From Prasinococcaceae sp. CCMP 1430 (Eukaryota; Plantae; Prasinodermophyta), in NCBI GenBank assembly GCA_013416795.1, contig RQSC01000015.1, positions 399,255-463,254 of the forward strand: DNA of 64,000 nt, written 5' to 3'. Position numbers and translations under genes: made by a program. Shown one piece after another: positions 24,474 to 35,600 of this stretch (within the stretch, counting starts at the first letter, position 1; each line of letters starts with the position of its first letter). The notes under the pieces are model-generated. The model did no database searches. It was not told the DNA's origin and was given only the letters and a program-made list of their open reading frames with translations.

Positions 24474-24727
24474 ATTTCCTTCACGCCAGGCAGGGGCCGC
24501 GGCCGCGGCCGCGGCGCCGCCAACGGCGGCGTTGTCGCGCGGCGCGTGTGGCGGCGAGACGCCGGCGAAGCAGCAGGGGACTCCACGGCACTCGCCACGT
24601 GACCCTCCCCACCGTCGACGTCGTCATAGGTTTCGAAAATTAAGAATCGGTCCGCCATCGGAGCCACGCGCGGGCAGTGGGCGCGTCGCGCGAAGCTCAA
24701 TAGGGGGCGCGCGCGCCCTGCCTCGGG

Positions 24728-26481
24728 TCACGCGCGCTTGGCCTCCTCCCCCTTTGCCGACTCGCTGGGCACCATCGACAGCAGCGGCAGGGGCAGAAGA
24801 CTGCTCATGCCACAGATGAGGATGAGCGTGCTCAGGTTGCCAAAGTCATCCTTGGAGACGCCGAGCGAGTCGGTGATCACGCCTCCGAGCAGCCCGCTCG
24901 ACACGTAGCCCGCGTTGCAAATGGACATGAGCAGCGCGAACAGCGTGGCTTCGACGCCCTCGGGGCACACGCGCGCAGCGAGCACGAGGACGGGCATGAA
25001 GGCGACTGCGAGGCGAGCACGCAGGGGTTGAGTGTGCGCGGTGGGTGTGTGTGTGTGTGTGTGGGGGGGGCGCACACCTCGTCAGCTGCACGCAGGTGAA
25101 ACGCGCGACCAGGAGTGCCGGGAGCGTGAAGGGGGGAGAAGAAGGAGGAGGCTCGGCGCCGACGCGCGCGGCGGCACGCACGCACCCTGTCCCACCACGG
25201 CGAGCGCGATCGAGTCCGCCACCGCGAAGACCTCGTTGGGCACCCCCAGCTGCGTGTTGAGGCCGTTGACGAGCACGAGCTGCGTGAGGCTGAGCGCCGT
25301 GCCCACCAGCGCGCTGTACAAGAAAATCTTGCGCAACGGCGTCCTCTGCAGCAAGTTGTTGTACAGCACGACGCCACAGAGGCTCGCGATGGCGGTGGCC
25401 AGCTGCACCCGCCCGAGGAACTCGGGCGTGAAGCCCAGTTCCTCCGTCTGGAAGAAGAACATGGCCTGGGAGGCCTGCGGCGTCGCCTGCCACAGGAAGA
25501 GGAAGGCGGTGGGCGACCAGATGTCGCGCCGGCGCACCGCGCGCCACAGGCTGAGCGTCTGCTCCCGCGCCGCGCGCGCCGCGCCGGCCGGCGAGAGCCA
25601 CTCGCCGGAGGCGCCGTCGACGCGCTCCTCCTCGAGCACGAGCGCGACGGCGGTCACGAGCAGCGGCAGCGCGGCCGTCACCGTGAACACGAAGCGAGGC
25701 CCGTACTCCTCCACGAGGTGGCCGCCGTACAGCGCCGCGATGATGGAGCCCACGGCGCGCGCGCCCCAGCTGAGGCTCTGCAGCGAGCCCTCCAGATCCG
25801 GGTCGTCCACCTCGCGCACGCGCTCGACGACCACCGAGTCGACGACGACGTCCGCCATCGCAACTCCCACGTTGCTCAGCACGAGCCCCCCGATCACCGC
25901 GCCCTTGCCGTGCGCGAGCGTCGCCAGCGTCGCCCAGCCCAGGCTGCCCGCGACGCCGCACACTGCCATGTAGCTGCGCCGCCGGTAGCCCGCCAGCGGG
26001 AAGCTGTCGCTCACGAAGCCGTAGAGCGGCTTGATCAGCCACGGAAAGGTGCCGCAGCTCGTGACGAAGGCCACCTCGGCGGGCGACAGCCCAATCTCGT
26101 CCTTGAGGAAGAAGCTCACCGCCAGGTTGGAGAGCCCCACGACCCCTGCGCGCAGCGGAGCGCGCGGCAGGGAGGGTCAGAGACGGCGCGCCCCTTTTGG
26201 TGCGCGCGCCCGCGCGCGCTCGCAGACGCGGCCGCGCGCTCGCGTCCGCGCGCGCGCGCGCACCCTGCACGAAATACACGAGCGCTATGGCGAGCGTGTC
26301 AGCCGACGGCTCCACCCCGAAGAAGAGCGCGCGCCCGAGGCGCGTGAAGGACGAGTCGGAGCGCCGCAGCAGCGAGCGCTCCGCTGGTGCTGCGCCGTTT
26401 CCGTTCGCCCCCGCCCGTGCGCCGTCGGCGGCCTCCGCGTCCACGACCTCGACGCGCACGCCGCCGTCGCGGCGGTCCGCG
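24728..26481 (-). CDS. Folate-biopterin transporter (BT1/MFS family); exons about 26264..(gap), 25186..26145, 24728..25005
   Basis: IALVYFVQG|[71 protein letters not shown]. Two phase 1 GT-AG introns. Confidence 0.88.
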
Positions 26482-26788
26482 NNNNNNNNNNNNNNNNNNN
26501 NNNNNNNNNNNNNNNNNNNNNNNNNNNNNNNNNNNNNNNNNNNNNNNNNNNNNNNNNNNNNNNNNNNNNNNNNNNNNNNNNNNNNNNNNNNNNNNNNNNN
26601 NNNNNNNNNNNNNNNNNNNNNNNNNNNNNNNNNNNNNNNNNNNNNNNNNNNNNNNNNNNNNNNNNNNNNNNNNNNNNNNNNNNNNNNNNNNNNNNNNNNN
26701 NNNNNNNNNNNNNNNNNNNNNNNNNNNNNNNNNNNNNNNNNNNNNNNNNNNNNNNNNNNNNNNNNNNNNNNNNNNNNNNNNNNNNNNG

Positions 26789-27758
26789 GCGGGAGGCGCG
26801 CGTGGCGGCGCGCGCCGTGGCGGCGGCGGCGCCCACCGGGGTCGAAGCGCTCGCGTCGTGCGACATCCCGCTGCGGTTCGACTCGGCGCCCAACGTGCAC
26901 GTGGCCGTGTACGGCGTCATCCACTGCACGCCGCGCGGCGAAATCGGCGACGCCCTGCTCGCCTCGCAGGCGGCCGCGGTGGTCGTGGAGACGGCCGCGT
27001 CGCCCGCGCACGGCTCCGAGCGCATGGCGACGATCACGCTCGAGGAGGCGGCGGCCATCGACGAGCCCTGCGTCGCCAAGATGTGCGCGGGGTGCGCCAT
27101 GGAGCTCTCGAGTCGCCAGCAGTCCCTCGGCGAGCAGGCCGGCGCCGACGCGTACGCGGCCGTCCGCGCCAACATGGGCGGCGAGCAGCTCGCGTACGTG
27201 ACCGCGTGGCTGAGCGGCGCGAAGCTCGTGTTCGGCGACCGCCCCAAGAAAGAGACGTGGCGCCGGCTCATGCGCGTGGCGACGGCGTCCTCCGCCGACG
27301 CCTGCTTCACCGCCGCCAACATCGAGCGGTACTACGAGGAGATCCTCCCGCAGCTCTCGGACGCCGCGCGCGAGGCCGCGACGGCCGCGCTCGCCGACGA
27401 CATCTGGCGCGACGTCGCCATCGTGGAGCGCGACGTCGTGCTGCTGCACTCGCTGCGTGAGGCGGCCGAGGCGGAGGAGAAGGCGGCGGCGGCGGAGGGG
27501 CGCGACCCGCGCCCCGTGGTGGGAGTGGTGGGCGAGGCGCACGTCGAGGGCATCCTCCGCCACGCCGCCGCCACCGCCGTCGCCGGCCTGCCCACCGGCG
27601 GCGTCATGCTCGCCGCCGACGGGCTCGAGCCGCTGGCCCCGCTCGTGGGCGACGGGGGAGACGGCGACGGGGGAGACAGCGGGATGGACGGGGAGGAGGC
27701 CCTGGTGGCGCGCGCGTGCTTGGAGATGGTCACCGCCATGAGGTGCAACCCGGAGTGA
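26789..27758 (+). CDS. TraB/PrgY/GumN domain protein, 5' end in gap
   Basis: VYGVIH, AVVVE, GGEQ, LVFGDRP, IVERD, VVGVVGEAHVEGI motifs typical of the TraB family. Confidence 0.7.
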
Positions 27759-27793
27759 GTCCTCTTTCTTTTTTTTGCAAGCGCGCGCGCGCG

Positions 27794-27794
<1 letters not shown>

Positions 27795-27833
<39 letters not shown>

Positions 27834-27857
27834 CGGGGGGGGGGGGGGGGGGGGGGG
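27795..27857. repeat. Near-pure poly-G tract preceded by (GC)n
   Basis: About 63 nt of G with a single C, read directly. Its length may be an assembly artefact. Confidence 0.7.
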
Positions 27858-28584
27858 CTGCGGATGCGGCGTGAGACGAGTGCCGCGCGGAGGAGATGTG
27901 GCGCGAGACGGGTGGCGCTCGCGGCGCGGTTGCCGTCGCGCCTGCGCGCTGACCGGGCGCTGCGCTCGCAGGGTGGTGCAAGACATGATGGACGAGCTCG
28001 GAGACGTCATGGAGGGAGAGCCCGGGGCGGACGCCTACGCGGGCGCCTTCTGGCTGTGCGTGGCGCCGAGAGCGCGCGCCGGCGCGCGACGCGCGCGTTC
28101 GCGAGCGCGCGCGTGCGTGGTCGGCGCTGACTCGATGCGCGCGCGCGCGCGGCGTGCGCGNNNNNNNNNNNNNNNNNGCGCAGCTACGGCGCGGCGCTCC
28201 CCGGGTGCGCGGCGGGCCCCGCCTCCCTTCCCCCCGCGCTCGCCGACGAGCTTCGCTCGGCCTGGCCGCGCGGATCCGACGCGGACGGCCTCGAGGAGTT
28301 GAGGGCCCTCCGACCGGGGGCGGGGGGTCCCGGCTACGCCCAGGCGCCGGAGGACGTCGGAGGGGCGCGCTGGGCGGTGCCCGGCCCGCCGTGCGAGGCC
28401 GCGGGCGAAGAGACTGCCGCTCGTGAGGGGGGGGACGCCGAGGGGGGCGATGGCTCTCCCTTCGTCGACGTGACCGTGTGAGCGCTCCGGACATACAGTA
28501 GACTATAAATGTATCAAGCATTTCACAGGATTGCCGTAGCGCCGCGTGCGAGTGTGGGGGGCGCCCTGCCCGCCTCTAGCTAGA

Positions 28585-28960
28585 TCAGAGCGCAGAAGAG
28601 GGAGTCGTCTCGTTCGTGTGCTCGCTCTCCCTCCTCCTCCTGCTGCGCAGCCGCAGGAAGAGGAGGGCGGCCACCACGGCGGCGGCGGCGGCGCTGGCGG
28701 CGGCGATGCCGCCGGCGCTGTGAGGCGCGGAAGTCCTTGGAGACGGGCTCGGAGGAGGAGGAAGCGGTGGTGGTGGTGGGCTCGGAGGAGGCGCGCTCGG
28801 AGGGGGCGGGCTCGGAGGAGGCGGGCTCGGAGGAGGTGGGCTCGGAGGGGGCGGAGGAGGCGGGCTCGGAGGAGGCGTTGGGGGGGGCGAAGGAGGCAGA
28901 CTTGGAGGAGGCGGGCTCGGCGGAGGCGGGCTCGGAGGAGGGCGAGGGCCAGCGCTGGCG
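28585..28960 (-). CDS. 3' part of an extensin-like (SPPPP repeat) single-pass membrane protein; frame absent from ORF track
   Basis: Frame reads PRPPPSPPPPSPPPPSLPP...SPSPRTSAPHS, then GGIAAASAAAAAVVAALLFL (TM), RLRSRRRR (stop-transfer) and ESEHTNETTPSSAL*. The 5' exon was not identified. Confidence 0.55.
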
Positions 28961-29299
28961 GATGCAGCGGGGAAAGAGTGCTCTTATTGGGAGCGCTTTG
29001 GCAGAATGCATTCGTTTTGACCTGGGCTGGAGGGCGAGGGGCCGACTGCAATTCGCACGTAAAAATGCATGGGGACAGCGGACGGCGTCGAGCGCCGTTA
29101 TTATTATAGGGATCTGCGGCTAGGTAAAACGCATGCGGCGGGTGCGGCGGCCGGCGCGGGAATAAGCGCCTCGCGGGCGGCATTTAGGACCCGGGGGCGG
29201 AATTAAGGTCGAGGGGTGGGAATTAAGGTCGGTCCGTTACGAATTAGGATTGGCGCGCGCGCCGGGGGTGGNNNNNNNNNNNNNNNNNTGGACTGGATA

Positions 29300-29392
29300 C
29301 TAGGGTCTAGGGTCTAGGGTTTAGGGTCTAGGGTTTAAAGGGTTTAGGGTTTAGGGTTTAGGGTTTAGGGTTTAGGGTTTAGGGTTTAGGGT
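29300..29392 (+). repeat. Interstitial telomere-type repeat (TTTAGGG with TCTAGGG variants)
   Basis: About 13 units, with variant units on the left and 7 consecutive perfect TTTAGGG on the right. Confidence 0.9.
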
Positions 29393-29430
29393 CGCCGCCG
29401 CGCCGCGCGGCCGCCACGGCGCTCTTCGGC

Positions 29431-30099
29431 ATGGGCGGCGGCGGCGGAGACGCCACGCCGATGATCTGCATCGACTGCGGGTACATCTACAAGGGGGACT
29501 TCTCAAAGGAGAACTTCTTCACCTACAAGTGCCCGACGTGCGGCGTGGGCAAGAACAGGTTCAAGAAGGCCCCGCAGTCGCAGGTGTGCGGCGGCCGCGC
29601 GAGGCGCCGGCCGGCGCCGACCGGCTCGGCGCGAGCGGCCGCCGCGAGCGGGGCCTACCCGGGCGCGCGCTCGGTCAAGGCAGCGGTCGTCGCGGCGGGC
29701 GGCGAGTGGCGAGGGACCGTCATCGGCGTGGGAGAGGCCGCGGCAGGTGAGGTTGAGGCCGAAGAAGGGCTGGCGATTGGAGGATCGGGCGTGGGCGGCG
29801 CGCTCACAGCGCTCTGTGACGCGGCCGAGCAGTTCGCGGCGGCCTCGAGGCTTGCGGCGAAGGTGACACAGACCTCCGACGGGGGCGCCTCCGTGCGCAC
29901 CGCGCGCGCCGCGCACGTCAAGGGCGGCACCAACATTCTGAGCTTGCTCTGGGTCGACTCGGTGCACGTGCTCGCGCTCGCCGTGGCGCTGCCCTCGGAA
30001 GAGAGCGCAGCGCTCGCTGACACGGCCAAGGCCGAGGCGCGCCTACAACCCGTACTCGAGGAGCTCAGGGAGGCGCTCCTGCCGCTGGCCGAGTACTGA
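29431..30099 (+). CDS. Rubredoxin-like domain protein (CxxC...CxxC) with uncharacterised C-terminal region; exon structure uncertain
   Basis: ICIDCGYIY...YKCPTCGVGKNRF. A possible donor (cag|gtgtgc) lies near 29584. Confidence 0.6.
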   Translation: MGGGGGDATPMICIDCGYIYKGDFSKENFFTYKCPTCGVGKNRFKKAPQSQVCGGRARRRPAPTGSARAAAASGAYPGARSVKAAVVAAGGEWRGTVIGVGEAAAGEVEAEEGLAIGGSGVGGALTALCDAAEQFAAASRLAAKVTQTSDGGASVRTARAAHVKGGTNILSLLWVDSVHVLALAVALPSEESAALADTAKAEARLQPVLEELREALLPLAEY

Positions 30100-30123
30100 G
30101 CGGCTGTGGGTGCGCCTGCCGCC

Positions 30124-31188
30124 ATGTTCGGCCACCCCGGCTTCCGCATGATGGACCCTGGCACGTGGACGCCGTGGCAGCAGATCGGCATTTCGTACTC
30201 GCTTATGCTCATTCAGCTCACGCTCTCGTCCTCTCTCATCCTGCTCAACAAGTGGCTGCTCTCGAACGCGGGCTTTCACTACCCGATCATTCTGAGCAGC
30301 ATGGGGATGCTCTTCAGCTCTGTGGCGTCGTTCGTGTTGGTCGACGTGATCAAGATCGTCACCGTGCCTGAAGAGACGCGGCAGGCGGCCGATGCGCGCT
30401 TCCAGCTGACGCGCATGAATCCTCTCGCATTCGTAGCGGCCATCACGTTATCTACTGGGAACTACGCCTACATTTACCTCTCCGTGAGCATCATCCAGAT
30501 TCTCAAGTCATTTACGCCTGTTCTTACGCTGCTGTTGCTCGTCGCGCTGCGTATGACCTCGCCCACCCACAAGCTCGTCGCGAGCGTGAGCATCATCACC
30601 GTCGGCTGCGCGATCGCCGCGTGGGGCGAGATCGAGACCGCTGGCGCGACGACCCTCTTCGGGCTGCTCGTATTCTTCGCCAGCGAGTGTGCCGAGTGCT
30701 CTCGAGTGGTGATGCTCGACTTCCTGCTGCGTGGAGAGAGTGGGTCAAAGATCAAGCTGAACGGTCTCACCACCCTGTACTACTTGGCGCCGCTGACGTT
30801 CATGTGGTGCCAGGTGTTTGCCTTCTTTCTCGAGTGGCCAAAGTTTGCACAGGAATCTGGCTGGCAAACCTTTGCGATGCATCCTGGTATGATGCTCGTG
30901 GCGGCGACGATGGGCTTCGGTGTGAATCTCTTTGCCTTTCTCACCATCCAGACCGCGCGCGGGGGGAGCCTCACCTTCAAGGTCGCTCAGACGGCCAAAA
31001 ATGCACTGCTGGTGTGGTTGTCTGTGCTCATCTTTCACAACGTCGTGTCGCCACGCGTCGTGCTTGGCTACGGCATCTCTCTCGCGGGATTCCTGTGGTA
31101 CACCGTGCTACAGGCCAACAAGCGCTCCAAGGAGGAGGAGAAGCAAAAGTACGCGCGCGTGCCCTCACAGCAGGATGTTAAGAGCTGA
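30124..31188 (+). CDS. Sugar-phosphate/TPT family transporter
   Basis: LILLNKWLL, FHYPIIL, GNYAYIYLSVSIIQILKSFTP, LTTLYYLAP, SLTFKVAQTAKN. Confidence 0.88.
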   Translation: MFGHPGFRMMDPGTWTPWQQIGISYSLMLIQLTLSSSLILLNKWLLSNAGFHYPIILSSMGMLFSSVASFVLVDVIKIVTVPEETRQAADARFQLTRMNPLAFVAAITLSTGNYAYIYLSVSIIQILKSFTPVLTLLLLVALRMTSPTHKLVASVSIITVGCAIAAWGEIETAGATTLFGLLVFFASECAECSRVVMLDFLLRGESGSKIKLNGLTTLYYLAPLTFMWCQVFAFFLEWPKFAQESGWQTFAMHPGMMLVAATMGFGVNLFAFLTIQTARGGSLTFKVAQTAKNALLVWLSVLIFHNVVSPRVVLGYGISLAGFLWYTVLQANKRSKEEEKQKYARVPSQQDVKS

Positions 31189-31367
31189 AGCCGCTGCTAC
31201 CACACGTGCCAGCTTCTGTGCTCCCACCAGGACCTTTGTACTTTAAAAATGTCTATTGAACATGCATGCGGGCCACCGCCGAGGTACCCTCCGCCTTTTC
31301 GCCGCAAGCGTGGCGGTCTCTGTATCAGGCAGCTTTCCAACGTGGCGTGGCCGGCTCTCGTCGATGG

Positions 31368-32534
31368 TCATGCGATGGCGAAGCGCCCAATGCGCAGAGC
31401 CACACGGGTAGGCGCGCCTCCATCACTAGCCGCATCGCCTGGCAGCGCGCGTGGCTCCAGGGCGCAAAGCGTCGCCTCCTGCACCTCGTCTCGATCTAGG
31501 CGCACGCGGACGGCCGGGGCGCGTCGCCAGCTCATCCCGAGCGCGGGGTTTTGCGTCTGGCCGGGAGCGCTGTCGCCTCCGCCAGCCCCGCCGCCTCCGC
31601 CCACGACGTGATTGGTGCACAGCACCGAGACTTTCGTGCTGCCCCTGCACGACGCCAGGCGCTTCATCGCCGCCTCCATCTGCGCCATGACCGCGTGACC
31701 CTGGCCCGACCCCGCGCCGAGCACCGGCGCGAGCAGGGCGCCCGCGCTGTCCACCACCACGAGCTCCAACCGAGAGAAGAAGGAGGACAGGGCGTCTGCT
31801 TCGGGCGGCGGGCCGCTGTTCGGATCCTCTTGCGACCCCTGCGCGCCATCATCAGCGAGCGTGCCCTCGGCGCTGGCGTTGGACGTCGCCACGAGCACTT
31901 CGTCTAGCAAAGCAATGGCCTCGTGCGCTGAGTGCACCCTGAACAAAGCGACCGAGCTCAGCGCGCTGCTCTCCGCTCGCCTCTCGGCGTCTGCAGCCGG
32001 TGCGGTCTGGGGTGGTTGCGGCGCCCGCCCACCATTGCGCACTCCCGCGAGCAGCTGGGCCATCCGTCGTGCCGAGAACGAGTTCGCAGAGTCGACGTAC
32101 ACCACGCTTGCGCCCCGCGCTGCGGCGGCCGCGGCGGCGAGCATCGCGAGCTGCGTCTTGCCTGTCGCGCTGCCGCCGCAGAGCTCGGTGAGCGCACCCC
32201 GCCGCAGCCCCCCACCCAGGAGCGCATCGAGCGCGGTGCAGCCCGTCTTCGCTCGCCCGTCGCCCAGCAGCTCGCTCGCCGGCCGCGGCGGGGGCGGCGC
32301 ATCGCCCGTCGCCTCGAGAGCGCGCAGGATCGCCTCGAGCGCTCCTGCCTCTGCCGCGTCCAGCGACGCACCCGCATGCCTGGATCCCACGCCGCCCCCA
32401 GCCCCGGCGGACGAACGCGCCTCGCACCGCACGTTCGCCAGGGCGACGTCCGCGGCACCCCTCACGCCCCTCGCCTCCAGCACCGCCGCCTCGCCTGGTG
32501 CGACGAGACCCGCTGCCTCCATGCGGGCGAGCAT
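31368..32534 (-). CDS. RAD51D: RAD51 paralog, RAD51D-like
   Basis: TGCTALDALLGGGL, Walker A GGSATGKTQ, YVDSANSFSARR, Walker B LVVVDS, LCTNHVVG, PALGMSW. Confidence 0.75.
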   Translation of the reverse strand: MLARMEAAGLVAPGEAAVLEARGVRGAADVALANVRCEARSSAGAGGGVGSRHAGASLDAAEAGALEAILRALEATGDAPPPPRPASELLGDGRAKTGCTALDALLGGGLRRGALTELCGGSATGKTQLAMLAAAAAAARGASVVYVDSANSFSARRMAQLLAGVRNGGRAPQPPQTAPAADAERRAESSALSSVALFRVHSAHEAIALLDEVLVATSNASAEGTLADDGAQGSQEDPNSGPPPEADALSSFFSRLELVVVDSAGALLAPVLGAGSGQGHAVMAQMEAAMKRLASCRGSTKVSVLCTNHVVGGGGGAGGGDSAPGQTQNPALGMSWRRAPAVRVRLDRDEVQEATLCALEPRALPGDAASDGGAPTRVALRIGRFAIA

Positions 32535-32695
32535 GGCTGCCGGCGGGCGGGCCGGCCGGCGCCGCCGGCGCCTACGCACAGCACCAGCCTGCCCCTCTTG
32601 GCCTCCACACGGCCCCTCTGGCGGTGGGCACGAATGGCGGGGGTGGGGGCGCCGCACCGCAGGAGAGCGCGGGCCCACTTCTCTACTCGCAGCAA

Positions 32696-35600
32696 ATGGT
32701 TGGTGGCAGCATGCCGTCCACCCAGCCGCCCATCGACGCTGGGGGCGCGGCGGGCAGCGGGCACGGCATGAATGGCGCGCCCGCCCCCCTGCCGATGCAA
32801 ACGATGCCGCAGGTTCAGCCGCAGGTGCTGTCCACTTCTCCTCCGGACGCGAGCTTTCTGCTGCGGCAACACTCTGGCAGCCTGTCGGAAGGGGCCGGGG
32901 ACGGCATGGCGGCGGCGTTTTCTGGGCTCGGTGGGATGTTGCCGACGCTCGACGCCGACATGGCCACGATGCTGCTCGGAAAGAGCGTGGCTCCGCAGCA
33001 GCACACGAGCGCGCGCAGCGCTTCGCACAAGCAGCCCGCGCAGCGCGTGAAACTCGAATCCCCGCTCGACGCGCCCGGGCGCGTGGCGACCGCCGCTGCG
33101 GCCGTGGGTGGGCGCGCCGTTGAGCCGACTCAGCCCGTCGACCCCGACGGCGTGCTCGGGCTCCGCTGGGTGCAGTCGCTCATGGAGATTCGAAACAAGA
33201 AACCAAGCGCCGGCGGCCCGATACGTCAGTGCGTGCGCGACGCCCTCGAGGCGGTGCCTGGCCCTCCCTCGGCGCTCGCCGACAGGCTAGCATTCATCAT
33301 CACCCCAGCGGGAGGCTACAAGAGCAACTCGGCGGGACCCTGCAAGCGCGCCGCGTGTGCTGCGCTGAAGCAGTACCTGGACGACCACGGTGTGGTCGAG
33401 GCCACGCCCGACAAAGCGGCGGAGCGCGCAAGCAAGAAGCGTGACGGCGTCGGCGGCGGAGGGCCGCGTCTGCCGCCGCACGTGAGCACCGCGCAGCGGA
33501 AGGAGGCCGAAATCGCCGCCGCGGCCGCGGCGTCCGTCCTGGGCGTCGAGCCGTCGATGGTCATGGCCGAGCGTGCCAAGGTGCCTCGCGAGGTGCACGT
33601 CACGTGCAATGGCGCCAAGGCTGTCTTTCGCACGGCCACGTGCGACGTGCGCTGCTTTTGCGGCGAGTGTTTCGGCTCAAAGCCGCTCATGACCCCGAGC
33701 GCTCTGGAGAAGCACGTGGGATGCGCGGCCAAGAAGTGGAAGCTCAGCTTCCGCGTGCGCGACCGCACGCATCCGAATGGCGCGCTACCGCTTGGCGACT
33801 GGCTCACGAAACAGGGCGTCGACGAGTCCCTCTTTATCAACGTCAGCGGACTGACCGCCGCTGTCGCCTCGCAGAAGGTGAGTGTGCGCGCAGCACCCGA
33901 CGAGTGCGCCTTGCGAGCCAGCAGCTCGCCAGCCGGCGCGCACGTGTCGTCGCCGTTTGCGAGCGCGCGCATGAATCTGACGCGCTCCGCTGCGACACGC
34001 ACGCGGGCCGCGTAGATGGGCAACTCCAAGTACTCCAAGCTTGTGTCTGGCCTGAAGACTGCAGACACCAACAAGAAGTGGGGCACTTTCGAAACCAACG
34101 CACCCACCGTGCCTGGCACCTGGCTGGCGAATCGATGCGGAGTGTGCGGCCACACAGAAGATCACGACAGCAACATGCTGCTCACGTGCGATGGCTGCGG
34201 CGCGACCGCGCATCAAAACTGCTATGGCAAGTCGTCATCGTTGCCCAGGGCGGACGGTTCCTGGCTGTGCCGAGCGTGTGCGTATCACGAGGTTCGGGAG
34301 AACGCAGCGGCAGAGGCAGCGGAGAGGCTTGCTCAGCTCAACATGGCTCGCCAGGAAGCGCTGCAGGCGCGGCGGGATGCGCTCGCGGCCAAGATCGCCG
34401 CGACCAAGAAAAAGGCCGCGGGACAGGCCAATGGAAGCGGTGGCCCCGTCGGAGGCGCAGGTGGTGCAGGCCTGGGCCCGCTTGCACGCCCGCCGAAGCG
34501 AGTGCGCGTCGCTGGCCCTGCTGGCGACCCCAAACTTCGCCAGAGCCTCCTCGCGCAGTCGAAGGTGCCCGCAAAGCCACGTTGTGTGCTGTGCCCCATC
34601 GAAGGAGGCGTGCTCAAGCCGACAACGCTGCGAGACACATGGGCGCACGTGCTTTGCACCCTCTGGGTCCCTGAGACCGTGGTGGTTGACCCAGACGAAG
34701 TCGAGCCGATGGACCGCATCCAGTACGTGCACCGCGACAGGTGGGGACTCAAGTGCACGGTGTGCAATTGCAGGCATGGCGCGTGCATTCAGTGCCATGC
34801 GCCGAACTGCTTTGCGTCGTACCACGCGAGCTGTGCCTTCCTGGCCGGCCTGCCCATGGAAGTCAAGTCAGTTCGCAGGCCAAAACCGCCCAAGACCAAG
34901 ACCGCTGCTGCGAATGCAGCGGCTGCCGTATCGCTGCTCGTGCCTCTCGGCGACACCGTGACGGGCCGTACGTTTGAGATTTACTTCGACGGCGATGGCG
35001 TATGGTACACGGCTACGTGCCTGCGTGCGGACCCGCTCAACCACAGATGGGAGGTGCTCTATGAGTGCGACGGCGTCAAGGAGGTGCTCGATGCGACCAA
35101 GGCAGACAAGCAAGAGTTCCCGCCTGTCAAGCTTGTGCCGCTCGGAGGGGGCGAGGGGGTTGAGGGCGATGCCGATTCCTCGGATGAAGACGCCATGGAC
35201 GTGGATGTCGATGCACCCGGCGCCGCATCGGAGGGGCGGGGCACCCCTGCGGCCCCTTACGTTCTGGCCGCGGCGGGGTTCGCGGTCCCCGCGGAAGGTG
35301 GCGCGTGCGAGCAGCCTGCGCGCGGCAAGAGCAAAGGCAAGGGCAAGGGCAGAAAGAACACTGTGGTGAGGTTGCACCCCGATGATGACATGGAGGAGAT
35401 CGTCGAGCTTGTCTCGTACTGTCCGCGGCATGCGCACCTGGGATCGGTGCCGAAAGACGGCGTGGCGACGGGCGGCATCGTGAGCTTCTGTGGCGCGGAG
35501 GGCGCTGCGGCGGTCGGTGGCGCTGCGCTACTCAAGGGAGCGTCGGCAGCAGCGGAGCACACGCTACGCACTATCGCCACGGGAGCTCTGGCTGACGCCA

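Noticed and set aside
24410-24658. Minus-strand ORF (MADRFLIFETY...) running from GC-rich DNA into the plastid insert
   Set aside because: No recognisable homology, and its 3' part is off-frame psbJ sequence. A fusion gene cannot be supported.
27984-28481. Possible small plus-strand gene split by a short gap
   Set aside because: The reading frame is plausible but has no recognisable motif, and it is interrupted by Ns.
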